64,000 nt of DNA from Asterias rubens. Lineage: Eukaryota. Position 1 is the first letter of the stretch; the number at the start of each line of letters is the position of its first letter. Positions 62,129 through 64,000 of the stretch are shown here, piece by piece. Both the position numbers and the translations under genes were made by a program. The notes beneath the pieces are model-generated. The model made no database searches and was not told the origin of the DNA. It saw nothing but the letters and a program-made list of their open reading frames with translations. The DNA lies in the NCBI RefSeq assembly GCF_902459465.1, contig NC_047079.1:8060001-8124000 (forward strand). The letters are read 5' to 3'.

Positions 62129-62225
62129 ATATGTGAATGTCCATAATAGAGCTGTCCTTTATATGTGAATGTCCATAATAGAGCTGTCCTTTATATGTGA
62201 ATGTCCATAATAGAGCTGTCCTTTA
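62129..62225. repeat. 32-bp tandem repeat x3 (GMPS 3' region)
   Basis: ATATGTGAATGTCCATAATAGAGCTGTCCTTT x3. Confidence 0.92.
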
Positions 62226-62813
62226 CTAAAGAAAAGACGCTTTGCCCTGACAGAAAGTGTCAGGCCTGAAGTCTATTCTAGATCTGGGTTGAACCTTCGG
62301 GCAATTTAATCCTTTTAAAAAGCAAAGTATTTCATTTGAAATTTGACTATTTTTCTACAATTTAGCAAGCTTTTACGATTAAGCAGCTCTTTAGCGGAAC
62401 TGTTGATCATGTACATAATGTTTTGAATAGGCTTCTTAAGGGAAATTATACAGATGGCTGTAATGAGGGTAAGATACTGAAATAATTTAGTTTATCGATA
62501 CACAAATTAAATATATTATTTGATCAAGCAAGTTGTGCAAAACAATATTCAAAAACACCCCTTGAAGTAAATAAAAAATTTCCACCGAATTGAAATGTTA
62601 AGAATTACCAAAATGCTTAACCCTCGGCCTGAATTACATACATTCAAATTCAATGAAAAAATATTGGCATCAGTGTTCTTTTAATTTGATGAAATTATTT
62701 TGTTATTTTGTGATTTAATAATAATATTTGTTAATGCATTATTTTGCAAACGTCATGGGAAAAACTGTTTAGTTATGTCTTAACTGCAATGTTATATACA
62801 CATTTTTAAAACG

Positions 62814-62970
62814 ATTTGTCAAAACAGAGACATTGTTTAACGTTGTGTGTTTGCTTGGTTACAATTTGTCAAAACAGAGACATTGTTTAACGTTGTGTGT
62901 TTGCTGGGTTACAATTTGTCAAAACAGAGACATTGTTTAACGTTGTGTGTTTGCTGGGTTACAATTTGTC
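62814..62970. repeat. 50-bp tandem repeat x3
   Basis: ATTTGTCAAAACAGAGACATTGTTTAACGTTGTGTGTTTGCT(T/G)GGTTACA x3. Confidence 0.92.
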
Positions 62971-64000
62971 TGGTAAGACATTTACATTTATTTTGTGTTG
63001 CACCAGATGTTCGGAATAAGTTGTTCTTGAAGATTTATTTTCCACTAATGAATCTAGCAGGGTTTTTTCCCTGAAAACATTAAGGGATTTTATGCAAAGA
63101 AATATCCTTATCCTTGGTTGGCAGTTAATGTTGTGCTTCATTCTTGTAATGTTTTTTTGGTTTTTTTTTCTTTCAATTTCTTGGTAGCAACTTTGAATTT
63201 AAATGTAATGTTAATTTGTTTTGCCTGCTTCATTTGATTGTGGTGTGTTTAATATGTCAGAGTGATTTGTTTTTGTGTTTGCTCAGTTTGTTCCCAATGG
63301 TTAAATCTTCAGATTATGTCATATTTCTTAGAATTACGGGGTTAAGATGGAAAACAATTTATGTACAACTATCTGAAACTTGTTAAACATGGACATGGAG
63401 TACCAGCCTTGCCCGTCTGCAGGGTGTTTTGAAATAGCTTGCCTTCAACTATAGTGTTTTAATTGCAATGTAACCCTAAAGTTGACAATATATTTTCACA
63501 GGTTGGTTACTTGGTGTTTTTGAAAGTAGGGGATTTGGAGCAAATTTACCCATCAGAAAGTCGATGATGTCTCTGCCTTTAACTTGTAAGTAGCTCAAAA
63601 AGTCATTTTGTTTGCATTCAAGGGAAGAGATACATTATGACAGCCAAGTTACCATATGGTTAATGTTAGTTGTCACAAATGCAAGCGGGGAGATGTCCAA
63701 CAATTGTGATTTTACAATTGTACAACTGAATTAATTTGATCTGAAAAGTGTATCCAAAGTTTGAATTTTGTACATAATATATTGTGACAATATTAATGTC
63801 TCATTTGGAGGAGTGTTTTATGTGCCTTTTACAGGTTGCATCACTATTAAAAATGACGGTTTTGCAATAAAACAACAAAATAAAATAAAATGTGTCTAGA
63901 CAATCCAGAGTATGTTGTGATTAAACAATTTATTTTACAAAGTGTATTAACTTTATAATTCAACGTACTGTTTACATAACAATTGTATGTACATTCAGGT

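Overview
AT-rich, intron-rich invertebrate animal DNA (probably an echinoderm such as a sea star; this is an unverified inference from gene set and repeat style). Four conserved spliced genes lie on the + strand: TMEM26 (8883-13021), an FBXO6/FBXO44-type F-box lectin (13821-15791), a TRIM36/46-type C-I TRIM (41955-48393) and GMP synthase (52276-61574). There is also an intronless 486-aa orphan coiled-coil ORF (27872-29332). The standout feature, not visible in the ORF track, is a chimeric gene at about 3.4-6.4 kb. A TRIM-like RING + coiled-coil exon can splice in frame to two exons that are a clear copy of the eIF4E-binding region of eIF4G ([29 protein letters not shown]...PKGLP), and a compact CRE/kB/C-EBP/kB cluster sits upstream. 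This predicts an inducible E3 ligase with a captured cap-complex-targeting module. Other notable items: a broken class A GPCR exon whose ectodomain carries a 12x48-bp coding VNTR; a near-fully palindromic MITE with a 6-bp TSD; two copies of an atypical tRNA-derived element; a degenerate Penelope-type hammerhead motif; and several tandem duplications that copy splice sites in GMPS. Exon coordinates were derived by hand from GT/AG sites and frame continuity; family names come from recalled sequence similarity, not database searches.
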